Part shown: positions 16,563 through 25,634 of the stretch, in pieces
Layout: every line of letters starts with the position of its first letter
How positions within the stretch are numbered: position 1 is the stretch's first letter
IMG/VR virus record: IMGVR_UViG_3300026258_000007
Location: 1 to 47,499 of that record
DNA length: 47,499 bases
Reading direction: 5' to 3' (one strand)
Source of the DNA: a virus
Lineage: Duplodnaviria > Caudoviricetes
Translations under genes and position numbers: made by a program
The notes under the pieces: model-generated
The model's database searches: none
Seen by the model: the letters and a program-made list of their open reading frames with translations, nothing else
What the model was told of the DNA's origin: nothing

Positions 16563-17799
16563 AAATGAAATAAAAGAAATGATAGGAAAGACGGCATCTG
16601 CCATCGGGTTAACCGAAGCAGAAGCACTAGCGAGGTTTGATGATATATGTCAGAAGAACAACGTTAGTGTCCAAGAAGAAGGCATACTATGTCTAAATCT
16701 TTGGAAAGAGTTCTACAATAGTGCGTTAAGAGCGCAAAAGAACACTGGCAATGGCGGAAACACTACTTCAACAAGTGGTGGCGGATTTTACAAACAAGCG
16801 TTTGGTTTCTTTGCATCACTAGATGAAGCAAGAGATATGTTAGCAAGAAAGAATGAAGCAGTAGTTGCTGATTACAGAAGAGATAAAGATACTTCTTTCT
16901 CTACTGGTCAAGTAGCAGTATTTACAGAAGTTGATGGTAAGTATGAAGGTAGAATGATGAGAGATGGTGAAGAGTTAGTTAAGATGATGGATAAATTACC
17001 TGCTAACCACACTGATATGGATGATGGTACATACATCACTCCTCTCGATACTAATGATGCAGAATGGAACAAAGCAAGATATGGTAAACCACTACCTATG
17101 TCAGAATGGAGACGCTCAGGTGTTTTCATTGGTGAAGTTGATGGTAAGTTTGGTAAGTTCTTCTTTAATTACAAAGGAGAATCATCTAAGGATTTTTGTC
17201 CCAACACTTTTGAGTTTGTACACTTCGATTGTATTCTTAACTCGAATGATGGTACTAAGATACATGGTGGTAAAGCAAGAACTCTAGAGTCTCTTGTTAC
17301 AAACAGTTCTCTTGTTGATGATGATTCCCGTAAGGAAGATACATCTGATATTAACATGCAGGATGCGTTGATGGAATATAGTGAAGCAAACTTCTGTCCT
17401 ATTGTTGACTTGAGCCAAGCACACAGTATGCTTATGGATAAAGCCTACAATGATAGGTTTGTATTTACTGATGGTGATGTTACTACTGTTAACATGAATC
17501 AGACAAAGAATGGTAACAGATACTTTGTTCTAGCAGACTTCAACTCGGAGTTCTCTCTAGATGATGATAACTTAACATGTTGGACACCACCACATATTAA
17601 CATAGACTTTGGTATTGGGTCAAAGGTTGTTGTTGTAGGTAGGACTTCACAAGGTACTGATGAAGACGGTAACTTAAGACCAATTTCATTGAATGTCAAT
17701 GGAATACTTGTAACAAAGGCTAGAGGCGGTAGTCCTGAAGAGATAACTCATATTGAGGATGACTCAGATGGGTTTGATGATGACTGGATGCCAGTCTGA
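16555..17799 (+). CDS. RPA/SSB-like OB-fold ssDNA-binding protein
   Basis: C-terminal OB pattern (TKNGNRYFVLAD...LTCW...GSKVVVVGR), acidic tail DDSDGFDDDW, position in the replication cluster. Confidence 0.65.
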   Translation: MNENEIKEMIGKTASAIGLTEAEALARFDDICQKNNVSVQEEGILCLNLWKEFYNSALRAQKNTGNGGNTTSTSGGGFYKQAFGFFASLDEARDMLARKNEAVVADYRRDKDTSFSTGQVAVFTEVDGKYEGRMMRDGEELVKMMDKLPANHTDMDDGTYITPLDTNDAEWNKARYGKPLPMSEWRRSGVFIGEVDGKFGKFFFNYKGESSKDFCPNTFEFVHFDCILNSNDGTKIHGGKARTLESLVTNSSLVDDDSRKEDTSDINMQDALMEYSEANFCPIVDLSQAHSMLMDKAYNDRFVFTDGDVTTVNMNQTKNGNRYFVLADFNSEFSLDDDNLTCWTPPHINIDFGIGSKVVVVGRTSQGTDEDGNLRPISLNVNGILVTKARGGSPEEITHIEDDSDGFDDDWMPV

Positions 17800-17808
17800 T
17801 TACATCTT

Positions 17809-17864
17809 GTGTAACCATACACTTATTGTTGGTCATAGGGGTGCAATGCCCCTAAAATAACTTA
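17809..17864 (+). other. intergenic double hairpin with 7-nt T-loop-like loop
   Basis: GTGTA-acca-TACAC (17809-17822) and TAGGGG-tgcaatg-CCCCTA (17836-17854). Confidence 0.55.
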
Positions 17865-17876
17865 AGAGTTGATAAA

Positions 17877-18188
17877 ATGAATAAAGGATACTATAATGAA
17901 TATAATATAACTTCGTATGCTGATGATGATGACATAATTCATGGTCAATCATACGCAATAAGGGTTAGTAACATTGATTTTGTTACTTGGAAACCCAATA
18001 ACGAACTAAAAAATGAGATTTGGATGAAATTACATACTAAATCCGGTAAAGAAATAAGAGTAAAAGTAGATAGAGAAGGATTGAATGAAATATTAGCCAC
18101 AGTTGGTAATGATTTAGTTCAATTTGAAGATAATAAAAGGAATAGGAATGAATATGAGTTGGAACAAAGGAAAAAGTACAGGTACTAA
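17877..18188 (+). CDS. small beta-rich hypothetical protein
   Basis: 103-aa ORF within the replication cluster. Confidence 0.65.
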   Translation: MNKGYYNEYNITSYADDDDIIHGQSYAIRVSNIDFVTWKPNNELKNEIWMKLHTKSGKEIRVKVDREGLNEILATVGNDLVQFEDNKRNRNEYELEQRKKYRY

Positions 18189-18993
18189 AACGTTTGAAGA
18201 AAGAAAGAAAGAAAGACTTGAGAAAATCAAGTATAAAGCAAAAGTAGCAGAATCCTACATGTGTTTAGGTATTTGGGGCGAACCAAAATCTGCTAAATCT
18301 GCAATATCATTAGATATTTTGTCTGAAGAAGATATTAAAAACGACATGAAAGTGTATGTTTTTGATTTCGACAATAGGGCTATTGATGTTAAAAGAAACC
18401 ACTACAATAACATAGATAATATCGTTGTTGATAATCCAATTGAAAGAAAGGATGATAGTTTAGTTGATTTTGATGCTACAATGATGAATGCTAGAACTTT
18501 TTATGAAATGGCTATGGAATGTTTAGAAGAAGGTAAACTAAAAGCAGTAATAGTTGATGGAGCAGATAAACTTCTAACAGATGTTTGCGAAACTAAGATG
18601 CGTGAGAAGCATGGCATGGATGCTGATACTGTTATCAAGCAACCTCCGTATGTTTGGGGTGATAGAAACACACCTTACAAGAACTTCTTACATAAGCAGA
18701 TACTAGAGATGCCTTGTCATCGAATAGTGATTGCACATTCTAAAGATAAGTATGCAGGTAATCCTAACCCTATTGGTGTTGAGGCTAACTGGCATGACTC
18801 AACAGAAGATATCTTTACTGCTACAATTCGTATGCAGAGAGACTTAAGAAAAGGTGGAGCAGAATATACTGCATTGTTCGAAGCAAGTGCAAGAAAGCCT
18901 GAACTTATTGGAACAAGAAGAAAGGTTCTATCAATTAAAGATGGTACTATTGATTGGACTGGTGTTGCTGAAATTAAAACAGGCGAACTTTAA
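18148..18993 (+). CDS. RecA-superfamily P-loop ATPase (AAA_24/Sak4/RadB-like recombination protein)
   Basis: GIWGEPKSAKS variant Walker A, VFDFD, AVIVDG Walker B, VIAH; ATG 18148 or 18154. Confidence 0.7.
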   Translation: MNMSWNKGKSTGTKTFEERKKERLEKIKYKAKVAESYMCLGIWGEPKSAKSAISLDILSEEDIKNDMKVYVFDFDNRAIDVKRNHYNNIDNIVVDNPIERKDDSLVDFDATMMNARTFYEMAMECLEEGKLKAVIVDGADKLLTDVCETKMREKHGMDADTVIKQPPYVWGDRNTPYKNFLHKQILEMPCHRIVIAHSKDKYAGNPNPIGVEANWHDSTEDIFTATIRMQRDLRKGGAEYTALFEASARKPELIGTRRKVLSIKDGTIDWTGVAEIKTGEL

Positions 18994-19004
18994 GAGGTAA
19001 TAAT

Positions 19005-19775
19005 ATGACAATAACAATAACAATAGAAACAGATGATTTCAGAGAGTTAATAGAAAGCGTTGCTCTGAAAGGGAAATACAATCATGGCGACAGTAGTAAG
19101 AATGGTCAACTGAGTAATTATGCTTGGTTAGTTAGTGATGGTGAGCATCTTAATGCCTACAATGCAGATACTACTACTATTTGTGCTTCTAGAGTAGCCA
19201 ATGAAGGTATTGCTACTGCTTCTTGGATAGTTGATATAGAGAAGACAGTAAAATACCTCAAAGCGTTTAGTGATGAGATAACATTAACTGTTAGTGATTA
19301 CCTAACTATTAGTAGTGATTCTGCTAATGCTAAAGTACCACTAGTTTCAGAACATCCACACAATGATTACATTGGTAGGATTGTAACGTTTACTAAAGAT
19401 ATGAGAAGTGATAATCCTTCGTGGGGTGAAGGCTTCCCTATCTTTGGTAAGACACAGTTTGAAGCAGAGATAGTAATATCAGAAGATGAAATTAAAAGAG
19501 CAAGTTCTGCATGTGATGTAGTTAATATTGCTAGATATAAGTTCAACTTTGATGATGAAGTATTAACAATGTCGAGTACTAAAACAATGAACGAGACTAT
19601 TGATACTAACGTAGAGTACACTATTGCAGAAGGCGATAGTGCTACTGTTGAGTTTAATGGACAGTTTGCAAAGTTCTTGAATGGTGCAGTTAGACTGTAC
19701 CTCAAGGATGATGCTCCTGTTCTTTTCGTAACAACAAACAGACTACTGTTGAAAGCACCTTACCTTAACAGGTGA
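19005..19775 (+). CDS. PCNA-like DNA sliding clamp
   Basis: 256 aa, acidic, two-domain clamp pattern ending VRLYLKDDAPVLF...LLKAPY; upstream of PolB; PIP boxes in partner proteins. Confidence 0.75.
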   Translation: MTITITIETDDFRELIESVALKGKYNHGDSSKNGQLSNYAWLVSDGEHLNAYNADTTTICASRVANEGIATASWIVDIEKTVKYLKAFSDEITLTVSDYLTISSDSANAKVPLVSEHPHNDYIGRIVTFTKDMRSDNPSWGEGFPIFGKTQFEAEIVISEDEIKRASSACDVVNIARYKFNFDDEVLTMSSTKTMNETIDTNVEYTIAEGDSATVEFNGQFAKFLNGAVRLYLKDDAPVLFVTTNRLLLKAPYLNR

Positions 19776-19779
19776 TTAT

Positions 19780-19866
19780 ATGGATGAAAGAATAAAGTTA
19801 TTTTGGCTTCAAACTAATGGAACTGGAATGTTAGACCATAACGATTTTAATTTAGAAGAGGAATAA
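19780..19866 (+). CDS. microprotein (not in ORF track)
   Basis: 28-aa ORF with AGGTGA RBS filling the clamp-PolB gap. Confidence 0.4.
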   Translation: MDERIKLFWLQTNGTGMLDHNDFNLEEE

Positions 19867-19868
19867 AA

Positions 19869-21572
19869 ATGATAATATGTAAAACAGAAAATGGAATAGG
19901 ATTAAGGTGGAGAGAAGGAGATGAGATACAAAGTAAGATTGTGTCTCACTCCGACTTTCAACCTTACATGTATGTACTTAGCGACCTTATTCCTGTCGGA
20001 GCGACTGATTTTAGTTTTAAGTGTAAAGACACTCATGGTTCTTTTAACATCAAAGTAAACTTTACCCCAAGTGGTGGTGAAGTTAGCCTTGAAAAAAGAC
20101 CATTACATAAAGTAACTTGGACACCTAATAATCCTAAATATTCTAAAGATGTTAGGATTGCTTTAGAGGCTAATAACATTAAAACGTTTGAAGCAGATGT
20201 ACCTTATCATTACAGATATGCAGTTGATGAAATAAAAGAAATACCTGAGCAAAACTTGCGTAGATGGTATTGGGATATGGAATGGCAACAAGGTGGTAGG
20301 TATGATGAGTATATTACTTGTATTGTCATCTATGATAATTATGATGATGAATATCATGTCTTCGCTTGGTATCCTGAAGAGGGTAAAAATATAGTATTGA
20401 AAGACAATGATAATTTTATCCTACATAGATATAATAGTGAACACAATATGCTTACAGGTTTCTTAGCATTCGCTATGGATAAAGAACCTGATATGCTTAT
20501 CTCTTGGTTCGGATGGAAGTTCGATATACCAAAGTTGTTTACTAGAATGGTTCATCATAATATTGACCCAAGACTACTATCACCTTTTGATGAGATAACT
20601 GGTATTGGTTGGAAAAGAAATAAGCCTACTATTTGGAAGTCTAGAGTAGAAGGTTACTCTCCTGTAACTCAACCAATCAAGGGAATGATTACAGTAGCAT
20701 TAGATTTGATTTTTGAAAGACAATGGAATGATGCTCAACGTGGAACATTACCTTCTCTTTCATTAGATTACGTTTCTGAGAATGTACTTGGTGATGTCAA
20801 ATTAGTTAGCGAAAAGTTTCCTGACAAGAATGAGTTTTTCAGAAGAGCATGGTTAGAAGATGCAGATACATATCTTGAATATGCTTTCAAGGATGTAGAG
20901 TTAATCAAAAGAATTGATGAAGAAAACCACTGTATTGATGCAGTTCTTTCTTTACAGAGACTTTTGAAAGCACCGTTTGATGCATGTTTCTATGCTAGTA
21001 ACATGGGTGGTATATATTTCATGCGTAATGCTTGGTGGAAAGCCCCTACTGGAGAGAAAGGTGAACGTAAGGAGTATGAGGGGGCAATGATATACAATCC
21101 CCTCAGTGAAGGTACAAATGGCCTTCATCGGAACGTTGCTGCTTTTGATTTTGCAGGGCTATATCCTTCAATGATAATTTCACGGAATATATCTTGGGAA
21201 ACTATTTCGGAAGAACCAACAGACTTTGCAGTTAACTTAGCAATACCTAGAGATTTTAGTGAAGTCAAAAGAGAAGAGATGATGTATTTCAAAACAGATG
21301 AGTTAGGTTTACTACCTAAAGCAGTACTTGACTTGAAAGAGTTAAGAGACGAATATAAAAAGAAGATGAAACAGGCAACATCCAAAGATGAATATGCCAA
21401 GTGGAATAACAATCAGTTAGCAGTAAAACGGCTTTCTGCGTCTTTCTACGGGATAATTGCGTATCAAGGATTTGGTTGGGCTAATGTTGATTTGGCTGCT
21501 AGTATAACTGCTAGTGCTAGAGAAGCAATAAGGGCTGCCGCGTTTAAAGTGAGGGATATGAATGCCAATTAA
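19869..21572 (+). CDS. polB: family B DNA polymerase, N-terminal part (3'-5' exonuclease, motifs A and B)
   Basis: ExoI WDME, ExoII GWKFD, ExoIII YAFKD, motif A FDFAGLYPS, motif B QLAVKRLSASFYG; ends before motif C. Confidence 0.93.
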   Translation: MIICKTENGIGLRWREGDEIQSKIVSHSDFQPYMYVLSDLIPVGATDFSFKCKDTHGSFNIKVNFTPSGGEVSLEKRPLHKVTWTPNNPKYSKDVRIALEANNIKTFEADVPYHYRYAVDEIKEIPEQNLRRWYWDMEWQQGGRYDEYITCIVIYDNYDDEYHVFAWYPEEGKNIVLKDNDNFILHRYNSEHNMLTGFLAFAMDKEPDMLISWFGWKFDIPKLFTRMVHHNIDPRLLSPFDEITGIGWKRNKPTIWKSRVEGYSPVTQPIKGMITVALDLIFERQWNDAQRGTLPSLSLDYVSENVLGDVKLVSEKFPDKNEFFRRAWLEDADTYLEYAFKDVELIKRIDEENHCIDAVLSLQRLLKAPFDACFYASNMGGIYFMRNAWWKAPTGEKGERKEYEGAMIYNPLSEGTNGLHRNVAAFDFAGLYPSMIISRNISWETISEEPTDFAVNLAIPRDFSEVKREEMMYFKTDELGLLPKAVLDLKELRDEYKKKMKQATSKDEYAKWNNNQLAVKRLSASFYGIIAYQGFGWANVDLAASITASAREAIRAAAFKVRDMNAN

Positions 21573-21783
21573 AACCGCAAAGATAGATGTAGAACAACTA
21601 CAAGAAGAAGTTGAAGAAATAAATAGAAAGATGATAGAAGAGTTTGCTCCATCTAGAACCGAAAAAATGATAATGAAAGCATATGTTTTACTTGATGATG
21701 TTTATGTTATTCTAAAGTATCTTGCAGTAGGTGTATTCTTCTATGGTTTAATATCTCTATTGCAGGATGTGAATATAATATGA
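21562..21783 (+). CDS. small membrane protein inserted between the PolB halves
   Basis: 73 aa with C-terminal hydrophobic helix; overlaps both polB genes. Confidence 0.65.
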   Translation: MPIKTAKIDVEQLQEEVEEINRKMIEEFAPSRTEKMIMKAYVLLDDVYVILKYLAVGVFFYGLISLLQDVNII

Positions 21784-22697
21784 AAGTAGTTTATGGACAT
21801 ACAGATTCTATCTACGTTAAGATGGAAGATGATAGTGTTGAGAAAGCACAACTAGTATTAGATGAGTTGAACGAACACGTTAGAGAAATATTTCCTAATG
21901 TTCTAGGTTTAGACGAACATCCTGTAACTCTTGAGTTTGAGAAGTTCTTCAAGACTCTAGGTGTAGGATGTAAGAAAAACAGAAACGCAGGGTTAATCTC
22001 ATGGAAAGATGGTGAGTACCTAGATGATTTGGAGTTTACTATGACTGGTTTTACTGCAAAGAGAGTGGCAATAACTCCTCTAGCAAAGAAGATTCAGTTA
22101 GAAGTTTTAGATAGATGGGTAAAGGAAGAAACAGAAGAAGAGATAACTAACTACTTACACAATGAATACTATAATGTTGTCAATGGTAATATTGATATCT
22201 CAATGTTAGCACAACGTAGTAGATTTAGAGAAGAAAGATTCTTAGTGAAATGTAAGACTTGTATAAGAAACTTCAACAAACATACGAAGTATCATTTACA
22301 TGAACTTGCTAATATTACAATAGGGAAAAAATACCCTTGTTGTAATAAACCTGAGTTCATAACTTTGAAAGGAAAAAGACCAACAATAGGTTCAGGCATT
22401 GAAGGTGTGTTATATCATAACACAAAGAATCCTGATAACATGATTGATGATTCATATCTGTATCTAAGAATTAGAGACATACATGATACTTACTTTCATC
22501 CGTTAAACAGGAATGATGTCATACCTAACTATGTTTCTGCAATGACTCAAAAGGATTTACTTGAGTACACTCCTGATTACAACCATTATGCTAGTTCTAT
22601 AATTAGCAAAGCAGAGCCTATTTACGAAGCAATGGGTTGGGATATATCACAAATCTACCGTGATAGGAAACAAAGCAGTATGGAGGATTGGTTTTGA
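21780..22697 (+). CDS. polB: family B DNA polymerase, C-terminal part (motif C, thumb)
   Basis: starts MKVVYGHTDSIYV; LEFEK, KKNRNAG, thumb region; C-terminal PIP box QSSMEDWF. Confidence 0.9.
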   Translation: MKVVYGHTDSIYVKMEDDSVEKAQLVLDELNEHVREIFPNVLGLDEHPVTLEFEKFFKTLGVGCKKNRNAGLISWKDGEYLDDLEFTMTGFTAKRVAITPLAKKIQLEVLDRWVKEETEEEITNYLHNEYYNVVNGNIDISMLAQRSRFREERFLVKCKTCIRNFNKHTKYHLHELANITIGKKYPCCNKPEFITLKGKRPTIGSGIEGVLYHNTKNPDNMIDDSYLYLRIRDIHDTYFHPLNRNDVIPNYVSAMTQKDLLEYTPDYNHYASSIISKAEPIYEAMGWDISQIYRDRKQSSMEDWF

Positions 22698-23029
22698 AAA
22701 GCAGATTGTATAGAGGTTTATCTTGGTCGAACAAACGTCGAGTAGACAGGCTAGTTGCATTATACAATAAATACTTTAACAAGGAAAAGATAGAAGAAAC
22801 AGAAGAAGTAGTTGAGTTAACAGAAGACTTTGTAGCAAAGACTGTTTTATTCAATGAGCCAAAATATGTAATAGGGTATTCTGTTTATGTAGAAAAGGGA
22901 ATGCCTAAAATGAATGTAATAGAAAAACCTCCACCTAAACATGGTAGAGATTGTAAATGTAATAAATGCATAATAGCAAATGTAGAAGAAGTAGAAAAAA
23001 TAATTAAAAAGAGGAATAAAAATGAGTAG
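22688..23029 (+). CDS. hypothetical protein with small His/Cys cluster
   Basis: HGRDCKCNKC; TTG start after GGAGG. Confidence 0.55.
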   Translation: MVLKSRLYRGLSWSNKRRVDRLVALYNKYFNKEKIEETEEVVELTEDFVAKTVLFNEPKYVIGYSVYVEKGMPKMNVIEKPPPKHGRDCKCNKCIIANVEEVEKIIKKRNKNE

Positions 23030-23909
23030 ACCCGCAAGTAACACAAAAGAATACACATATCAATGGAATGCAGAAACATATGGAGATGATAGTCTTCCAA
23101 TATTGAAGATAAGTAAATCTTCATTTGGTTCATTTCAATGGTGTCCTAAGAAGTATCAGTTCAATTATATTGAACAAAAACCACAAGACACAACAGAAGC
23201 AATGTACAAAGGAACTATTGCACACAATGCAAGAGAAGCATTCTTTGATGAGTTTGATATTTCCAAAGCAGAAAATATGACCCATGAAGAATTAACTAAT
23301 TATTGTTATACTTTATTTCCATTAGATGAAATGAGTCCAATGTATGAAACAATAGCAACATACGAAGCAAAGAGATTCATGGATTCTAAGGAAGAAGGAA
23401 CATTAGATAACTTTCTACCTGTAATTAATGAAGAAACTATTGACGCAAAGATTACAATAAGAAGAGAAGACTATCCTTCCATTAGACTAGAAAGAGATTA
23501 TGTTGTTCACCTTCAAGGTATTATTGATAGAATGTTTCAGGAAGGAGAATCATATATTCCAATGGAACTTAAAACAGGTGCATGGAAAGAATACAAGAAA
23601 ACTATGATGAGAAAGGAAATGGCTTTCTATAAACTTCTTTTTGAGAACTGTCCTGATGAGAGAATAGATGAACTAGGATTAACTAGAGATAATGCAATTA
23701 CTCATTGGGCTTGGTATTATCCTGCTTCTAATCATATGTATGTAGAAGAGGCTAAGAAGTCTAGTGAAACCGCAGTATTGAAGGGGATTGCTAATTTGAT
23801 TCATGCTTACGAAAGAAACATATTTCCCACTAAATATAGTGCTAGAACATGTCCAACATGTAGTTACTATTCAATATGCGATACTGCTAGTGAAGATGGG
23901 TGGTTATAA
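23022..23909 (+). CDS. Cas4-like PD-(D/E)XK exonuclease with Fe-S cluster cysteines
   Basis: CPKKY; GIIDRM...ELKTG; C-terminal CPTCSYYSIC. Confidence 0.88.
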   Translation: MSRPASNTKEYTYQWNAETYGDDSLPILKISKSSFGSFQWCPKKYQFNYIEQKPQDTTEAMYKGTIAHNAREAFFDEFDISKAENMTHEELTNYCYTLFPLDEMSPMYETIATYEAKRFMDSKEEGTLDNFLPVINEETIDAKITIRREDYPSIRLERDYVVHLQGIIDRMFQEGESYIPMELKTGAWKEYKKTMMRKEMAFYKLLFENCPDERIDELGLTRDNAITHWAWYYPASNHMYVEEAKKSSETAVLKGIANLIHAYERNIFPTKYSARTCPTCSYYSICDTASEDGWL

Positions 23910-24032
23910 TGAAATGGGTTATTCGTATAATATATTTCATAGGCACAGTATCTACTATGGTTAAAAGGTGGAGAAAATGAAGTGGAAAGAATACTTTAGA
24001 AGAAAAAAAGAATATAGAGAGAGGAATAAAAA

Positions 24033-24341
24033 ATGAATTGGAAGGATATAATAAAAGACAAAGAAGGGGAAGAAAATATGTGGGAAAAATGGATGTCTAA
24101 TGACGGACAAGCCACAGGCAAAGCCCACATAACAAGATATAACGACAAGCCTATGTGGATGATAGATGAGTTCGGTATAGAAAATACTGGTATGGGAGAA
24201 GGTCAAAAATATTTAGAAGATTTTTTAGAACACTTAGAATCTCTTTTTCTAACAGGAGACATGGCATTAGTAGGCTCTATGGCTAGTAAAGCAGTTTCGT
24301 TTTGGGAAAGAATGGAAGCAGAAGGTTTAGTGATAGTATGA
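24033..24341 (+). CDS. GNAT-like acetyltransferase (minimal)
   Basis: IDEFGIENTGMGEGQKYL resembles GNAT motif A (GxGxG); AVSFWERM resembles motif B. Confidence 0.55.
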   Translation: MNWKDIIKDKEGEENMWEKWMSNDGQATGKAHITRYNDKPMWMIDEFGIENTGMGEGQKYLEDFLEHLESLFLTGDMALVGSMASKAVSFWERMEAEGLVIV

Positions 24342-24721
24342 AAGATAAAGTAAAACAAATACTAAGTTCTAGAGAATGGACTTTTGCTGATTTAACTAAT
24401 ATGAATCAGTTAGTGAAAGACTTTTCAGAAGAAATATATACTCAGTTAGATGCTAAGGAAAAATTAACTATTGTATGGGAAGAAGAGATATTTCAAAAAA
24501 CAATTCGATTTGGAAGTTTCTTTCAGAACCTAGTAATAGAACAAATACAATTAGAAGTAGCAAGCATACTTCAAGAACAACTACTGAATGCAAATGTAAA
24601 CTTTGGTAATAATAAAAATGAGGAGGATGAAACAAATGAGGTTTCCGAGAGTAGTGTGGGCGGGGAGTCATCTCCCGAACGCTCCGCAGATGAGAAGAAG
24701 AGTAGTAAAAACAAAAAGTGA
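24338..24721 (+). CDS. hypothetical protein
   Basis: ATGA overlap gives start 24338; low-complexity tail overlaps the primase start. Confidence 0.6.
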   Translation: MKDKVKQILSSREWTFADLTNMNQLVKDFSEEIYTQLDAKEKLTIVWEEEIFQKTIRFGSFFQNLVIEQIQLEVASILQEQLLNANVNFGNNKNEEDETNEVSESSVGGESSPERSADEKKSSKNKK

Positions 24722-25634
24722 ATATATTGATTGGTTTAACCAATACAATGGTAAAATGAATTGTTATACTACTGTATATGATTTTGAAGATATTAATGAC
24801 AATACTCAGATTGATTCTTCTGTTATTCTTGACAGAATGTTTCTAGATTTTGATGCTCACGATAAACCACTAGAATTAGCACACCAAGACTTTGTATCAG
24901 TTGCTAAAAGGCTAGAAGAACAAGACATCTTGTTCAGAAGTTATTTCAGTGGTAAGGGTTTCCATATCATTGCCAAAGGAGAACGAGTCACTGATATTAG
25001 AAGCATTCAACAGTATTATTCCGAATTGGCTAAAGATTATCCTACACTTGATAGGACTGGTATTCAGATAACTAGATTGCGTAGAATACCTAACTCTATG
25101 AATCTAAGTAGTACTTACGGTGATGATAAATCTTACTTCTGTATTCCTGTTAATTACAAGTTAGAAGATTTAGGTTTGATACTTGAAACTGCAAAGACCA
25201 TGACTCCTATTGATATAGAATATGGTTCAAAGAAGATAGTATTCCCATCTGTTAAACCAATAGAAGTATCAGACATAGAAGTTGAAATGCCTAAGCCTAT
25301 TGGTAAAATACCAATACTACCTTGTTTGAATAATGCTATTATGGTTGAGAACCCTAGTCATTATGCTAGAGTATATCTTATTCAGTGGTATAGAGATTTA
25401 CTTAGTGGTAGAGAAAGAAATCTACCATTAGAACAACAACAAGAAATAATTAATACTATTATGTCTGAATTGGAAACTATTGCTAGTAAAGATGAGATAT
25501 GGTTAGATTGGGATGAGCATGTTACTAGAAAGTACGTTACAGGAATAGTTTCAAAGGGTTATCATGCCCCTAGTTGTAAGACACTTATACCTCAAGGGTA
25601 TTGTATCGGTAAATGTTGGAGGTATTGTGAATGA
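24636..25634 (+). CDS. archaeo-eukaryotic primase, PriS catalytic domain fused to PriL-like Fe-S domain
   Basis: FLDFDAH (DxD), FSGKGFH, RLRRIPNS; C-terminal LPCL...H.AR...PSCKTL..QGYC...C; GGAGG RBS supports start 24636. Confidence 0.88.
   Translation: MRFPRVVWAGSHLPNAPQMRRRVVKTKSEYIDWFNQYNGKMNCYTTVYDFEDINDNTQIDSSVILDRMFLDFDAHDKPLELAHQDFVSVAKRLEEQDILFRSYFSGKGFHIIAKGERVTDIRSIQQYYSELAKDYPTLDRTGIQITRLRRIPNSMNLSSTYGDDKSYFCIPVNYKLEDLGLILETAKTMTPIDIEYGSKKIVFPSVKPIEVSDIEVEMPKPIGKIPILPCLNNAIMVENPSHYARVYLIQWYRDLLSGRERNLPLEQQQEIINTIMSELETIASKDEIWLDWDEHVTRKYVTGIVSKGYHAPSCKTLIPQGYCIGKCWRYCE

Noticed and set aside
21562-21783. Split intein or self-splicing intron in polB
   Set aside because: No Cys/Ser-starting N-intein after the polymerase sequence and no His-Asn-Cys/Ser junction before motif C. 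The gap holds an ordinary coupled ORF.
23022-23909. Cas4-like gene as a sign of a CRISPR-Cas locus
   Set aside because: No repeat-spacer array or other cas genes were seen; solo Cas4-like nucleases are common in viral replication modules.
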